Of a DNA stretch of 64,000 nt, positions 54,456 to 63,964 are shown piece by piece. The stretch comes from an uncultured Gammaproteobacteria bacterium (GTDB lineage: Bacteria > Pseudomonadota > Gammaproteobacteria > Steroidobacterales > Steroidobacteraceae). The position numbers and the translations under genes are program-made. The notes below the pieces were generated by a model. That model worked only from the letters and a program-made list of their open reading frames with translations. It was not told the DNA's origin and ran no database searches. The stretch's first letter is position 1. Each line of letters starts with the position of its first letter. Location of the stretch: the NCBI GenBank assembly GCA_963837075.1, contig CAWILY010000001.1, forward strand, positions 48,098 through 112,097, read 5' to 3'.

Positions 54456-55646
54456 GTGTCACGCCTGGAGGTCGCGGACATCTTCCGCGCCCACGGGCCG
54501 ACCTGGCGACACCAGGAGCGTGGGCACTTGAGCCTCGGCCAGCTCAAGGTCATGTCGGCCGTGGAGCACTGCCGCAGCGCCGCGCTGGGCGGTCACGCCC
54601 TGCGTTGTTCTTCTTGTGCACAGCCCCAGATCGCCTACAACTCCTGCCGCAACCGCCACTGCCCCAAGTGCCAGGGGAGCGCCGCGCGGCGCTGGCTCGA
54701 AGCGCGCTGCGCCGATCTCTTGCCGGTGGACTACTACCACGTGGTCTTCACCCTGCCGGCGCCCGTAAGCGCGCTCGCCTACACCAACAAGGAGCTGATG
54801 TATGGATTATTGTTTGATATCGCGGCCGACACCCTGCGCACGATCGCCGCCGAGCCCAAGCACCTCGGCGCCCGCATCGGGCTTACCCTGGTGCTGCACA
54901 CCTGGGGCTCGGCCCTCACTCACCATCCGCACGTGCACGGGATCGTGCCCGGCGGCGGTCTCGCACCCGATGCCGACCGCTGGGTTCCCTGCAAGCCGGG
55001 GTTCTTCCTCCCCGTACGCGTGCTCTCGCGTCTGTTCCGTCGCCGCTTCCTGGAAGCACTGTCCGCGGCCCACGGCCGCGGACAGTTACAGTGCTTGGGC
55101 GAGCTCGCCCACCTCGCCGATCCCGCCGCCTTCGCCGACTGGCTCGCCCCGCTCCGAGAGTGTGAGTGGGTCGTCTACGCTAAGCGCCCGTTCGCCGGAC
55201 CCGAAGCGGTACTGGCGTATCTGTCGCGCTATACCCATCGCGTCGCCATCTCCAACTCCCGGCTCCTCGCACTCGATGAACGTGGCGTCACGTTCCGCTG
55301 GAAGGACTACCGTGCCGAGGGCCGCACACGCCACAAGACCATGACCTTGAGTGCCGGGGAGTTCATGCGCCGCTTCCTGCTGCACGTGCTGCCGCGCGGC
55401 TTCCACCGCATCCGCCACTATGGCTTGCTCGCTCACGCTCATCGCCGGCACAACATCGCCACCGCGCGCGCGCTGTTGCAGGCACCGGCGCCGCCGGCGC
55501 CGCTCGAACCCGACAACCGCAACACGAGCGGCTCCAGAGCACCTACCTTCCTGTGCCGGCACTGTGGCGCGCCGATGCTCATCATCGAGACCTTCGCCCG
55601 CGCTCAGCACATCCGCGGGCCACCGGCCTTGAGCTCCGTGGCGTGA
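54456..55646 (+). CDS. IS91 family (HUH, two-tyrosine) rolling-circle transposase
   Basis: 396 aa. Differs from copy 2 at a few positions (HLSLGQ, LPVDYY, TLVLHTW, LAPDADRW). Confidence 0.9.
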   Translation: MSRLEVADIFRAHGPTWRHQERGHLSLGQLKVMSAVEHCRSAALGGHALRCSSCAQPQIAYNSCRNRHCPKCQGSAARRWLEARCADLLPVDYYHVVFTLPAPVSALAYTNKELMYGLLFDIAADTLRTIAAEPKHLGARIGLTLVLHTWGSALTHHPHVHGIVPGGGLAPDADRWVPCKPGFFLPVRVLSRLFRRRFLEALSAAHGRGQLQCLGELAHLADPAAFADWLAPLRECEWVVYAKRPFAGPEAVLAYLSRYTHRVAISNSRLLALDERGVTFRWKDYRAEGRTRHKTMTLSAGEFMRRFLLHVLPRGFHRIRHYGLLAHAHRRHNIATARALLQAPAPPAPLEPDNRNTSGSRAPTFLCRHCGAPMLIIETFARAQHIRGPPALSSVA

Positions 55647-56198
55647 CTGCGCATCGCCTTCCGCTCGCACGTGATTTGCCTGTGCGGGTGCGAACGCCCC
55701 TGTGCGTGTCCCATCAACAACGCTTAGACCCCACGCGCCACTGCTACCCCAACACGCTGCCAAAGTCCGCCGCCGTAGACCCCCGCCATTCCAGGCCTCG
55801 CGACACCCGCCTCCCCAGTCGCTCCATCCCGCGCCGCACTCCCTCAAATCCCCATAGCTCAGCGCTTCCGCTGATCCTCGCCGTACCCCTTCGCGGTTTC
55901 CTCCCTTGAGGATTGTCCAACGCCTACCCCCAGACCCCTTCGCGCCCGGACAGTCCTGCGCATCGGGGTAGGCGTCCGACAATCCTTAACAACTCCGGTC
56001 GGTCACGGCGACAGAATGCCTTCCGCAAAGCGGCCATGCCCATACACCACCTCAGGACCCAGGACAGCAACAACAGCGCGCCCGGGGCGATCAACGCCCT
56101 CGGCCTGACGGCGGCTGTGACGTTCTAGTAGGCAGGGCCGGCCAGCGAGCTCGCTCGACACGCGCACCTGAGCGCCGCCGGTTTCCCGGCGGTGCAGA

Positions 56199-58070
56199 TC
56201 ACTTCACCGCCTTGATCGTGATCGTCGTCGTGAGTTCTTTCGCCTGCCACTCGAAGGGTCCTTCGGTGAGCTTGCCGCTGCGCCCCGTAAACACCTTCGG
56301 CGTGTCCATGTGCATCGGAAAGAACTCGCCCCCGCCGACGATCCGGAAACCGTCCTCATACAAATGCAGGTTGGCCGGATTTGAGCCCTGGACGCATCCA
56401 ACGCTGGGAATGATGAACCGGGGCTGGAACGTCTCGAAGCTCGTTGCACGGAGGGACACGCGAATGAGGAACTCGCTTGGCGGGTCGATCAGGTTGGGAT
56501 CGGGGAAGACCGACGCCGAGAGCGTGCCCGGGGAATTGCTGTCCAGCGCCGTGCAGAAATGCGGCTCGAGCGTGAAGGTCAGACTGCTGTAGTTCAGGGG
56601 ACCGGAGCCCTCATAGTCGAAGCCTGGGCCGATGGCCGCATTGAAATTCAGGATCACCCCACGGGCCTGTACGATGGAGTTGCTGCTGCCCAGGCCTGCC
56701 AAACCCTCGGGAGAGTTGAAGGAACTCTGCAGATCAGAGTCGAAATCAACCGTCAGCTGATGGATCGCGCATTTCTCGATTTTTTCGAGCCAATCGGGAC
56801 CCAAGACCTTGTCCACGTCAACACCCATCAGTTGGAGATCTCGGGCCATGCCTAACATGGTGTGGGAAGCAGCCACCCCTGGCTCCACGCAGAGCGTACT
56901 GTAGGTCCTATTGAAGATGGCGACGATCAATGGCACGAACTGTGCCTGTACGAGGTTGATCTCGTCGGGAAACTTCCCGTCTCCATCCAGACCTAGGAGG
57001 AGCAGCTCGCGCATGAACGCGCTTATGTTGTTCAACGCGTTGACCATCTGAGGAACGGTTGCATCCTTCTCGAGCGCGTCATCCAGGGTCGGCTTCAGAT
57101 AGATGGTGTAGAAGAACTGTATCAGGTCCTCCTCTTCGGTCACCAATTGCTGCAGCGTCGTCGCCGGCGCCTTGGCGATCTGATCCAGTACGGCCGCCTG
57201 TTCGTTCGCCGGAACCACGGGCTCGGTCTCCGAGCCCCCGCCCAGCCCATAGCCGCTGAAGTGCAGGATCGCGAAGCCGTCGATGCCGCCCAGGTTCAGC
57301 GGGTAGAGCGAGAAGTCCGTACCCACGCCCCGGTACGCAAATCCCACCGGATGACTCGTGCCGACAAGGGGCGTGATCGTGAGCCTGGCAACCTGCTGAA
57401 GCTGCAGGCCTTCGGGACCCAGCTGCACGGCAGCTGCGACCCCGCCGGACAACGGTACCCCATCGACCATCAGAACGGGGGTCAGAGTTATATCCTCGTC
57501 CCCGAGGAGCGCGTTGGCAGGAATCGTGAGCGTGAAGCGAGTACCGTCTGCGCCAGTCGCCGAGACCGTGCCGCCGGTGCGGACGGAAATCGTCTGCGTC
57601 ACTGCATGCGTCGCATCCGGGGTCGCGACGACATCGAGCGGATGGGGCGGCGGGATGAGCGGGGGGCTCAACTGCAGCGCGACGTAACGATTGAGCGCAA
57701 AACCGTAGGCGGTCCCGCCGCTCACATACGTGCCGTGCAGCGTCAGTAGATAAGTCTTGCCGCTCACGAGGCCGGAGTTACCCACCGTGATCGTGGCGTT
57801 AGCGATCGCCCCAGGCGTCAGTCCCCCGAGGGCAAGGGGCAGCCCGGACGCGCTTGCGCCCCCGTAGGTCGCGCTCGCCACCATGACGTTGGCCGCGGCC
57901 ACCGTACCAACATTGATGATGTCGATCGCGATCGACGCCTGGGTCCCGGCAGCCGTCAACTGCGGGGTACCGGTGGCAAGGGCGGTCTGCGAGTGAGCGG
58001 GTTGCGCGGCAACTGCCGCGAGCACGATTGCAACCAGCAGGTTGGCGGTATTCAACTGCCTCGGGCGCAT
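56199..58070 (-). CDS. secreted protein of unknown function (623 aa)
   Basis: Signal peptide LLVAIVLAAVAAQPAHSQ. An Ala/Gly/Thr-rich N-terminal beta-type region, a central helical segment (LIQFFYTIYLKPTLDDALEKD...), and a C-terminal beta region. No family recognised. Confidence 0.6.
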   Translation of the reverse strand: MRPRQLNTANLLVAIVLAAVAAQPAHSQTALATGTPQLTAAGTQASIAIDIINVGTVAAANVMVASATYGGASASGLPLALGGLTPGAIANATITVGNSGLVSGKTYLLTLHGTYVSGGTAYGFALNRYVALQLSPPLIPPPHPLDVVATPDATHAVTQTISVRTGGTVSATGADGTRFTLTIPANALLGDEDITLTPVLMVDGVPLSGGVAAAVQLGPEGLQLQQVARLTITPLVGTSHPVGFAYRGVGTDFSLYPLNLGGIDGFAILHFSGYGLGGGSETEPVVPANEQAAVLDQIAKAPATTLQQLVTEEEDLIQFFYTIYLKPTLDDALEKDATVPQMVNALNNISAFMRELLLLGLDGDGKFPDEINLVQAQFVPLIVAIFNRTYSTLCVEPGVAASHTMLGMARDLQLMGVDVDKVLGPDWLEKIEKCAIHQLTVDFDSDLQSSFNSPEGLAGLGSSNSIVQARGVILNFNAAIGPGFDYEGSGPLNYSSLTFTLEPHFCTALDSNSPGTLSASVFPDPNLIDPPSEFLIRVSLRATSFETFQPRFIIPSVGCVQGSNPANLHLYEDGFRIVGGGEFFPMHMDTPKVFTGRSGKLTEGPFEWQAKELTTTITIKAVK

Positions 58071-58401
58071 AAACGCCTCCCCTATTCGCTCGGAATCTTC
58101 TTCGAATCAGGCCGGCGCGTCTCACCCGCAAGGCCCGGACGATCTGTGCAGCTGCGCCGGGAGGTTCTTCTGTGCAGGAAATCCTCCGCCTCGCGCCCGG
58201 TGGTTGTCAAAGGGTTTGTAGGACGAAGTGCACCGTGCTGGCTCCCTCCTCGTGGCGACTCGCTGACATGCGTGATCACGCGCTGCAACATCGAGTTGGC
58301 GCCAGCGTATCGTCACGCAGTTGCGTACGCCGCCGAAGAGACGTACAAAGAGCTGCGGAACTGCCTCGGGGGCCCAGGAGGGATGAGCCGTGATACCAAC
58401 A

Positions 58402-58992
58402 ATGAAACTGCGTTACACAACCGGATGGCTCATTGGGCTTGGCTGCATCGCGTGCGCTTCAGGCGTCTCTGCGGCGTCGATCTCCTTTACAGTCTCGGAG
58501 CCGTCTCGGACGCTTAGCCCCCCCGGAACCGTGATGTTCCTCGGCACCGTCACCAATGATTCCGGCACCGACCTCAATACAACGGACTTCTTCTTCAATT
58601 TCGGGGGCTACGATCCGCTCCTGCTCACACCGAACCAGGATCTCGGGGCGACCAACTTTCCCATCGCCAATGGTTCGACTTCGGCGCTGACGGATCTCTT
58701 CTCCATCGCGGTGGGCCGCGCTCCGGCGTCGTCGACACTGGTGCTGAGCGTGCAGCTCGAAGACAGCAGCAACGATCTGAGTGCTCTCGAGACGGTCACC
58801 TTGCACGTCGGCGGCGGCTCGAGCGGCGTGCCGGAACCCGCCTCCATGGGGCTACTGGGCGCCGGTCTCGTGGGCTTGCTTCTGAGTCGGCGGCGCGCCT
58901 CCGCACTGATGCGCAGGGCCGCCGCCAGTCCCAAGCCGCTGCGCCCCTGTTCGCGAGTGCTGACCACCATGCTCCTACCGCAGTCGGGCTAA
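58402..58992 (+). CDS. PEP-CTERM sorting-domain protein
   Basis: Signal peptide MKLRYTTGWLIGLGCIACASGVSA. C-terminal VPEPASMGLLGAGLVGLLLSRRR (PEP motif, TM helix, Arg cluster). The ORF then continues ~35 codons further than is usual for this family. Confidence 0.75.
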   Translation: MKLRYTTGWLIGLGCIACASGVSAASISFTVSEPSRTLSPPGTVMFLGTVTNDSGTDLNTTDFFFNFGGYDPLLLTPNQDLGATNFPIANGSTSALTDLFSIAVGRAPASSTLVLSVQLEDSSNDLSALETVTLHVGGGSSGVPEPASMGLLGAGLVGLLLSRRRASALMRRAAASPKPLRPCSRVLTTMLLPQSG

Positions 58993-59087
58993 AACCGTGC
59001 GGTGCAGCGTCATGCCTCGGACAGCCGGCGATCGCCCCCGTCAGCGGGCGCGAATTTTTCCCAATCCGACCCGAAAGGGCCTCAAAA

Positions 59088-60080
59088 TCAGACCGTCACG
59101 ACGATCTTGCCGACCTGCTGATTCGACTCAAGAAAACGATGCGCTTCAACGATGTCTTGTAGCGAGAAGCTGCGGGCGATCAAAGGCTTCAAGCGTCCGG
59201 CAGCAAGGCCATCGACTACGAAGCGTTTCCCGCGGTCCAGGCTCTCCTGTTTCCCGGTGATGGAAAACAGCGTATAGCCGCGCAGGATCAGATTTTTCGC
59301 GAGCGCCGGGAACAGCGGAAATGGCGTCGGTTCCCCAGCCAGCGCGCCGTAAAGAAAAATCGTGCCGCCATTGCCCATTGCGGCGGCCAAGGCCTCGACA
59401 CCCCCCCGGCCAGCGACCGGGTCGAATGCAAAGCGTGCGCCCTTGCCGGAGGTCACGCGCATTACTTCCTTTATAAGGTCCTGCTGCTGGGTCACTATCA
59501 CATGCTGTGCCCCAGCCTTGAGCAAGGCGTCCCGCTTCGCGCCCGTACGAGTCACCGCGATGGACACGCCCCCCAGACTATTAACGATCTGGATTGCCGC
59601 AAGACCGACACTGCTGGATGCCGCCGTGATTACGACCGCCTCGCCCTTCGCAACGCCACCAATTTCGACCAGCGCGCCATAAGCCGTCAGGTATTGCATC
59701 CATATCGCGGCCGCCTCGGCCCAGGATAGATTCGCTGGGTGCTTAACCACGGCGTGCGCCGGAACGATGGCGGCATCTCCGTAAACACCATATTGGTTCA
59801 TGGAAAAAGCCGGGATCACGCTCACTGCATCGCCCATTGCAAAGCCCGTTACGCCCTCGCCAAGGGCCTCAATCTCGCCGGCCGCTTCATAGCCGAGCTT
59901 GGCGGGCAGGTTCGGATTCTCAAGGTATGCGCCAGAGCGGAACATTGCCTCGGCGCGATTCAAGCCAAGTGCCCGAACTCGAATTCGGATCTCTCCCGCC
60001 TTCGGCCGGCCGACATCCAACTCATCTATCTGAAGCACTTCGGGACCGCCGGTCCGATGGAAGCGAACGATTCGAGACAT
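59088..60080 (-). CDS. zinc-type alcohol dehydrogenase-like NADPH:quinone oxidoreductase (MDR family)
   Basis: GLNRAEAMFRSGAY...GYEAAGEIEALGEGV...VVITAASSSVGLAAIQI...GKIVVTV. Confidence 0.85.
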   Translation of the reverse strand: MSRIVRFHRTGGPEVLQIDELDVGRPKAGEIRIRVRALGLNRAEAMFRSGAYLENPNLPAKLGYEAAGEIEALGEGVTGFAMGDAVSVIPAFSMNQYGVYGDAAIVPAHAVVKHPANLSWAEAAAIWMQYLTAYGALVEIGGVAKGEAVVITAASSSVGLAAIQIVNSLGGVSIAVTRTGAKRDALLKAGAQHVIVTQQQDLIKEVMRVTSGKGARFAFDPVAGRGGVEALAAAMGNGGTIFLYGALAGEPTPFPLFPALAKNLILRGYTLFSITGKQESLDRGKRFVVDGLAAGRLKPLIARSFSLQDIVEAHRFLESNQQVGKIVVTV

Positions 60081-60106
60081 GGGAATCTCCCTCTAAAGTC
60101 TACTGA

Positions 60107-60949
60107 CTAGCCAGCACTCTTCTGGAGCAGATTGCCCTGCGCCTCGATGGAGAGGTGGTTCCACTTCTCCCACGTCTCGATCCGCTTGGCGTATTCGGTA
60201 CGCATCAGAGGTAATCCAACAGTGCCAAAGAAGATGCGCAATGGCGGATCCGCCGCATCGACGACCTTCAGGATGGCCGGGCCTGTCGCATCGGGATCGC
60301 CCGGCACATTGTGGCTGCGAAATGCCTCGATCGACGCACGCGCACCGTCGTACGCCGGTAGAAGTCTGGCGCGCTTCGCCGAAGGTCCACTCCAATCGGT
60401 AGCGAAGCCGCTCGGCTCGACGAGCGTCACCTTGATACCGAAGCCGGCCACCTCGGCAGCGAGCGCTTGGCTGAACCCCTCGAGCCCCCATTTTGAGGCG
60501 TGATACAGGCCGACGGTTGGAAAGGCGTTAACCCCGCCGATTGAGGAGACCTGAATGATGTGGCCCGAGCCCTGGGCACGCAGAATGGGTAAGGCCGCCT
60601 GCGTGACCCACAGCGCGCCGAAGAGGTTGGTTTCGATCTGCTCCCGTGCTTCCGCCTCGCTGACCTCCTCGATCGCGCCGAAAAGGCCATAGCCGGCGTT
60701 ATTGACCACCACGTCGAGACGGCCGAATCGCTCGTGTGCCTCACTGACTGCAGCGTGGACCGCAGCCTTGTCGGTGACATCCAGAGTGATCGCCGCGATC
60801 CGTTCACCATAGCGCTCAACCAGCGGAGCCAGTGTTTTCACGTTACGTGCCGTGGCGGCGACGCGGTCGCCGCGCGCAAGCGCGGCCTCCGCCCAGACGC
60901 GTCCAAAGCCCTTCGAGGTACCCGTAATGAACCAAACCTTGTGTGCCAT
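60107..60949 (-). CDS. SDR family oxidoreductase
   Basis: WFITGTSKGFGR, VVNNAGYG and YHASKWGLEG motifs. Start set at MAHKVW (cat at 60947-60949). Confidence 0.85.
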   Translation of the reverse strand: MAHKVWFITGTSKGFGRVWAEAALARGDRVAATARNVKTLAPLVERYGERIAAITLDVTDKAAVHAAVSEAHERFGRLDVVVNNAGYGLFGAIEEVSEAEAREQIETNLFGALWVTQAALPILRAQGSGHIIQVSSIGGVNAFPTVGLYHASKWGLEGFSQALAAEVAGFGIKVTLVEPSGFATDWSGPSAKRARLLPAYDGARASIEAFRSHNVPGDPDATGPAILKVVDAADPPLRIFFGTVGLPLMRTEYAKRIETWEKWNHLSIEAQGNLLQKSAG

Positions 60950-61186
60950 AGCTCTGCCCCGCTCCAATAGCTCAAATGATCTGGCCATGGGTATAAGGGA
61001 AGCCGTAGCGCGTTTCACATCCCTCAGAAGGTGGAGATAGCGTTAACTCGCGCCATGCGAACAAAGCGACCGGGCTCGTCGTCATTCGCGACTCGCGATA
61101 CTCACTAACCTGAGCCAAAGCGGAGCGGCTCTCTGGGATCGCGTGGTTGCGCATAATGCCGTTGTCGTCGCGGTAAGGTAACTTCC

Positions 61187-61663
61187 TCAGCGAACCTGCA
61201 AGGCCTCGTCCTCGTCCCGCTGCTGAATGCGGCTCGCCGCGCCCATCAGGGCCTTAGCCGCGACGAGGTCCCCGGTCATATTGGGTCTTATCCTGACCTC
61301 GATCTGCTCAATTATGGTCGCCAACGTGGCGATCAATTCGGCCATCTTCTCGCCCTCACACACCAGCCGATCGATCGCGGCCGAGTTTGGCTCGTGAATA
61401 AACTCTGCAAAGGCATCCGCGTCGCGATCTGCGTCCGTCAAAGCCAGACGCGCGATTTTCGTGAATGAAACGAGGGCGGAGCGCAGTTCGAGTTCGTCCG
61501 GATGATGTTTCAAACTGACGGAAACGGCCTTGGTCGCGCAAGCGGCCGCGAGCGCCAGGGCGACAGCGCCGGCGGAGCCGGCTCCCGGTGACACGTCGCT
61601 GCTGCCGATCTGTGCAACCAAGTCTTCAACTCGCAGGTTAGCAATGGAAACCGAGGCATTCAT
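61187..61663 (-). CDS. cyclodeaminase/cyclohydrolase family protein (FTCD C-terminal domain-like)
   Basis: DLVAQIGSSDVSPGAGSAGAVALALAAACATKAVSVSL is the characteristic N-terminal helix of this family. All-helical, 158 aa. Confidence 0.7.
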   Translation of the reverse strand: MNASVSIANLRVEDLVAQIGSSDVSPGAGSAGAVALALAAACATKAVSVSLKHHPDELELRSALVSFTKIARLALTDADRDADAFAEFIHEPNSAAIDRLVCEGEKMAELIATLATIIEQIEVRIRPNMTGDLVAAKALMGAASRIQQRDEDEALQVR

Positions 61664-61730
61664 AGGGTGCTCATGATGTCAGGCGGCGGGAGCACGTGTC
61701 TTCGAGGCACTCGCCTGAAGACTGTCGCCG

Positions 61731-62396
61731 TCACCGAGTTGGGCCGCTACGGCCATTCTCGGGTACAGGCTGCTCCCGCGCCAGAGCCCCCCGGTGCCGC
61801 AACCGGACCGGCTGCAACGGCTCGCCGCGTTCAACGTGATCTGCCAATGCCCCACGCACTTGAGACACGAATCGTCGCTGATCTTCGGGATCCCTGAGGG
61901 CTTTCGAGGCGAGTTCGGCGGCGCGAAGGTTGAGATAGGTTCCGGCCAGCTCGGGGTGCTGCCGCACCGCGTCGCGGGGTCCTATGGCCTCATCCCGGAC
62001 GATCTGTGCCGCCGCCGTCCGCGCCTCAAAAAAGCTCTGCTTTTCGATGACCCAACGGTTGCGGAAAACATCGACGTCCTTCGGGTGCAACTCACCGTCC
62101 TCGCCCCGTTCCGTCCGCTTTACAGTGACCCGATCACGACCGCTGTGCTGCAGGACGACTTCATCGCCGATCTGAGGCTGCGTGAGGGACTTGGTGACCG
62201 CACGCTCGATATCTTTGCCCCAGATCTCCCGTGCCCCGTCACGGGTCTGCAGCCTTACAAAATAGGATGGATCCTCATTCGGATCATGCCGATAGGCATC
62301 GCGCCCGTGCTCGAGCAGCTTGCCAGCGATCCGCTCTCGCGGCTCGGCGCCGCCCGTCGTGGCGGCTCGCGGCTCGGGCTCTCTGGGGCAGTGCAT
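61731..62396 (-). CDS. LPD7-like (large polyvalent protein-associated domain 7) protein, possibly a relaxase/primase C-terminal fragment
   Basis: GKLLEHGRDAYRHDPNEDPSYFVRLQTRDGAREIWGKDIERAVTKSLTQPQIGDEVVL...RNRWVIEK resembles the module found at the C-terminus of conjugative relaxase/primase proteins. The upstream part of the listed ORF (to 62639) looks non-coding. Confidence 0.45.
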   Translation of the reverse strand: MHCPREPEPRAATTGGAEPRERIAGKLLEHGRDAYRHDPNEDPSYFVRLQTRDGAREIWGKDIERAVTKSLTQPQIGDEVVLQHSGRDRVTVKRTERGEDGELHPKDVDVFRNRWVIEKQSFFEARTAAAQIVRDEAIGPRDAVRQHPELAGTYLNLRAAELASKALRDPEDQRRFVSQVRGALADHVERGEPLQPVRLRHRGALAREQPVPENGRSGPTR

Positions 62397-62529
62397 CGGC
62401 GCCCTCGGGTCGGGGGTATAGATATATCCCGCGGAAATAAACAGTCTAGGCCTCGTCCGAAGGTCACTCGGGCGAACTTCCGCTCGCGGCCATGGAGCTG
62501 CCGCTGACCCCCGGTTCCTGCATTTCCGC

Positions 62530-63964
62530 TTAACGGACGTTCCCTGCCGCACGCGGCAAGTCACGGTATGCACCGCCAGACGGCCATTTTGCCGCACTTT
62601 GCCGCTTGCCCGGTCCATTCGGCAAGCCGATTGTCCCATTCTCGCAGCGGTTGTTGGTCAGGGGGACCTCGCCGTGGGTGAGGAACACCGCGAGCTTCGG
62701 CCATTGGCCGAGGGCATAGTGGACGGCCTTGCCGAAACGCCCCTCGGGCAGAACCTTCGGCGCCAGCGCCTCCACCCAGGTGTAGAACTCAGCCATGATC
62801 GGCGCAGACTGCTGTTGACGGATGGTGAGGCGCTTTTCCGGCGTGCACGGGCGATCGCGATCCCAAAGCACTCGCTCAATCAGCGACAGCTTGCCGATGA
62901 ACTCGAGCGCCGTTTTGGCATGCGTCGAGTCGCCCGCCTTGCGGGCTTCGTCGAAGTAGCGTCTCGCATGCGCCATACATCCAGCGTGAGTGAAACCCCA
63001 GAACCTCGGCAGCGTCATCGTAGACCCCGTACCCATCGGTGAGCAGTATGCCCTTGAACCCTGCCAGGAATCGCATCGGCACGGTATTCCCGCGCGAGGG
63101 ATCGTAGTCAAAGAGCACGATCCGCTTGCCCGGAGGGCCGGCAGCTCGCACCCAGATCCAATGATCGGCGCTCGGAGCCTTGTCGCTCTTTAGGACCTGC
63201 AGACGCGTCTCGTCACAGTGGATCAGCGTCTCGGCGAGCAGCAGTTCGTTCAGCAGGTTAATCAGGGGCACAACGAAGGTGCCACCGAGGCGGATGGCCC
63301 ACAGCGCCATCGTGCCGCGACCCAGGGGAATGCCCATGCGGCTAAACTGCGGCTCTTGCCGGTACAGCGGGATACCGTCGACGAACTTGGCGGTGATGAT
63401 CTGCGCCAGGAGCGAGGGCGTGGCGATGCTCTTCGGGAAGATCGCCACCGGTGCCTGAGCGATCCGCACGCCTTGCCGGCAGCACGGGCAGGCGTACTTC
63501 GGGCGGATGTGCCTCAAGACCCGTACCCGGGCGGGGATCACCTCGAGCTGCTCGCAGATCTCCTCGCCAATGCGCTCAAGCGCCGTACCGTCGCGCGCGC
63601 AGACCTTCTCTTGTTCGGGGATGTCGTGGAGGATCTCCACGCGAGGCAGCTGCGCGCTGAGCTTCTTGCGGCCGCGCTTGCCGCGCTCATGCGCGGGGAT
63701 CGTGATCGTCTCAAGAGCGGCGGGCATCGCAGTAGACAGCGCCTCGATCTCGTTGAAGAGCCACCGCTGCTCAGGAGAAAGCTCAGCGGCAGGGGTCTTC
63801 TCGGAAGAGCGCCCAAAGAGCTGCGTCTTCAGCCAGCGGTTCTCTTCCTCAAGGAGCTTGATGCGCTCCTCGCGTGCCGCGCGGCTCGCTTCCAGCACCG
63901 CGAGCCGCGCAGTGATCGCTTCTACATCGATCGGTGTCGGCGCGCTCGAAGCGTTGGACGTCAC
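62530..63964 (-). pseudogene. IS66 family transposase (TnpC), frameshifted and 3'-truncated
   Basis: Leucine-zipper N-terminus (LLEEENRWLKTQLFGRSSEK). Zinc ribbon (YACPCC). HCDETRLQV. The frame changes near 63000 between ...TDGYGVYDDAAEVLGF and THAGCMAHARRYFDEA. Family similarity is lost after ...PLTNNRCEN (about 62640). Confidence 0.8.

Larger units (their letters stand above)
53439..55991 (+). mobile_element. integrase + IS91-family unit, copy 3 (both genes intact; short left arm)
   Basis: Identity with copy 2 begins only at GGCCAAAGGACTAAACC (53439), directly after GTTC. The left-arm hairpin of copies 1 and 2 is absent. The right-end hairpin is at 55910-55985, and the unit ends CCTTAACA at 55991. 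Confidence 0.8.

Noticed and set aside
27267-55991. Large direct repeats that might be mistaken for a repeat array or CRISPR
   Set aside because: The repeats are 2.6-kb protein-coding mobile units, not short repeats with regular spacers. No short regularly spaced repeats were seen anywhere in the window.
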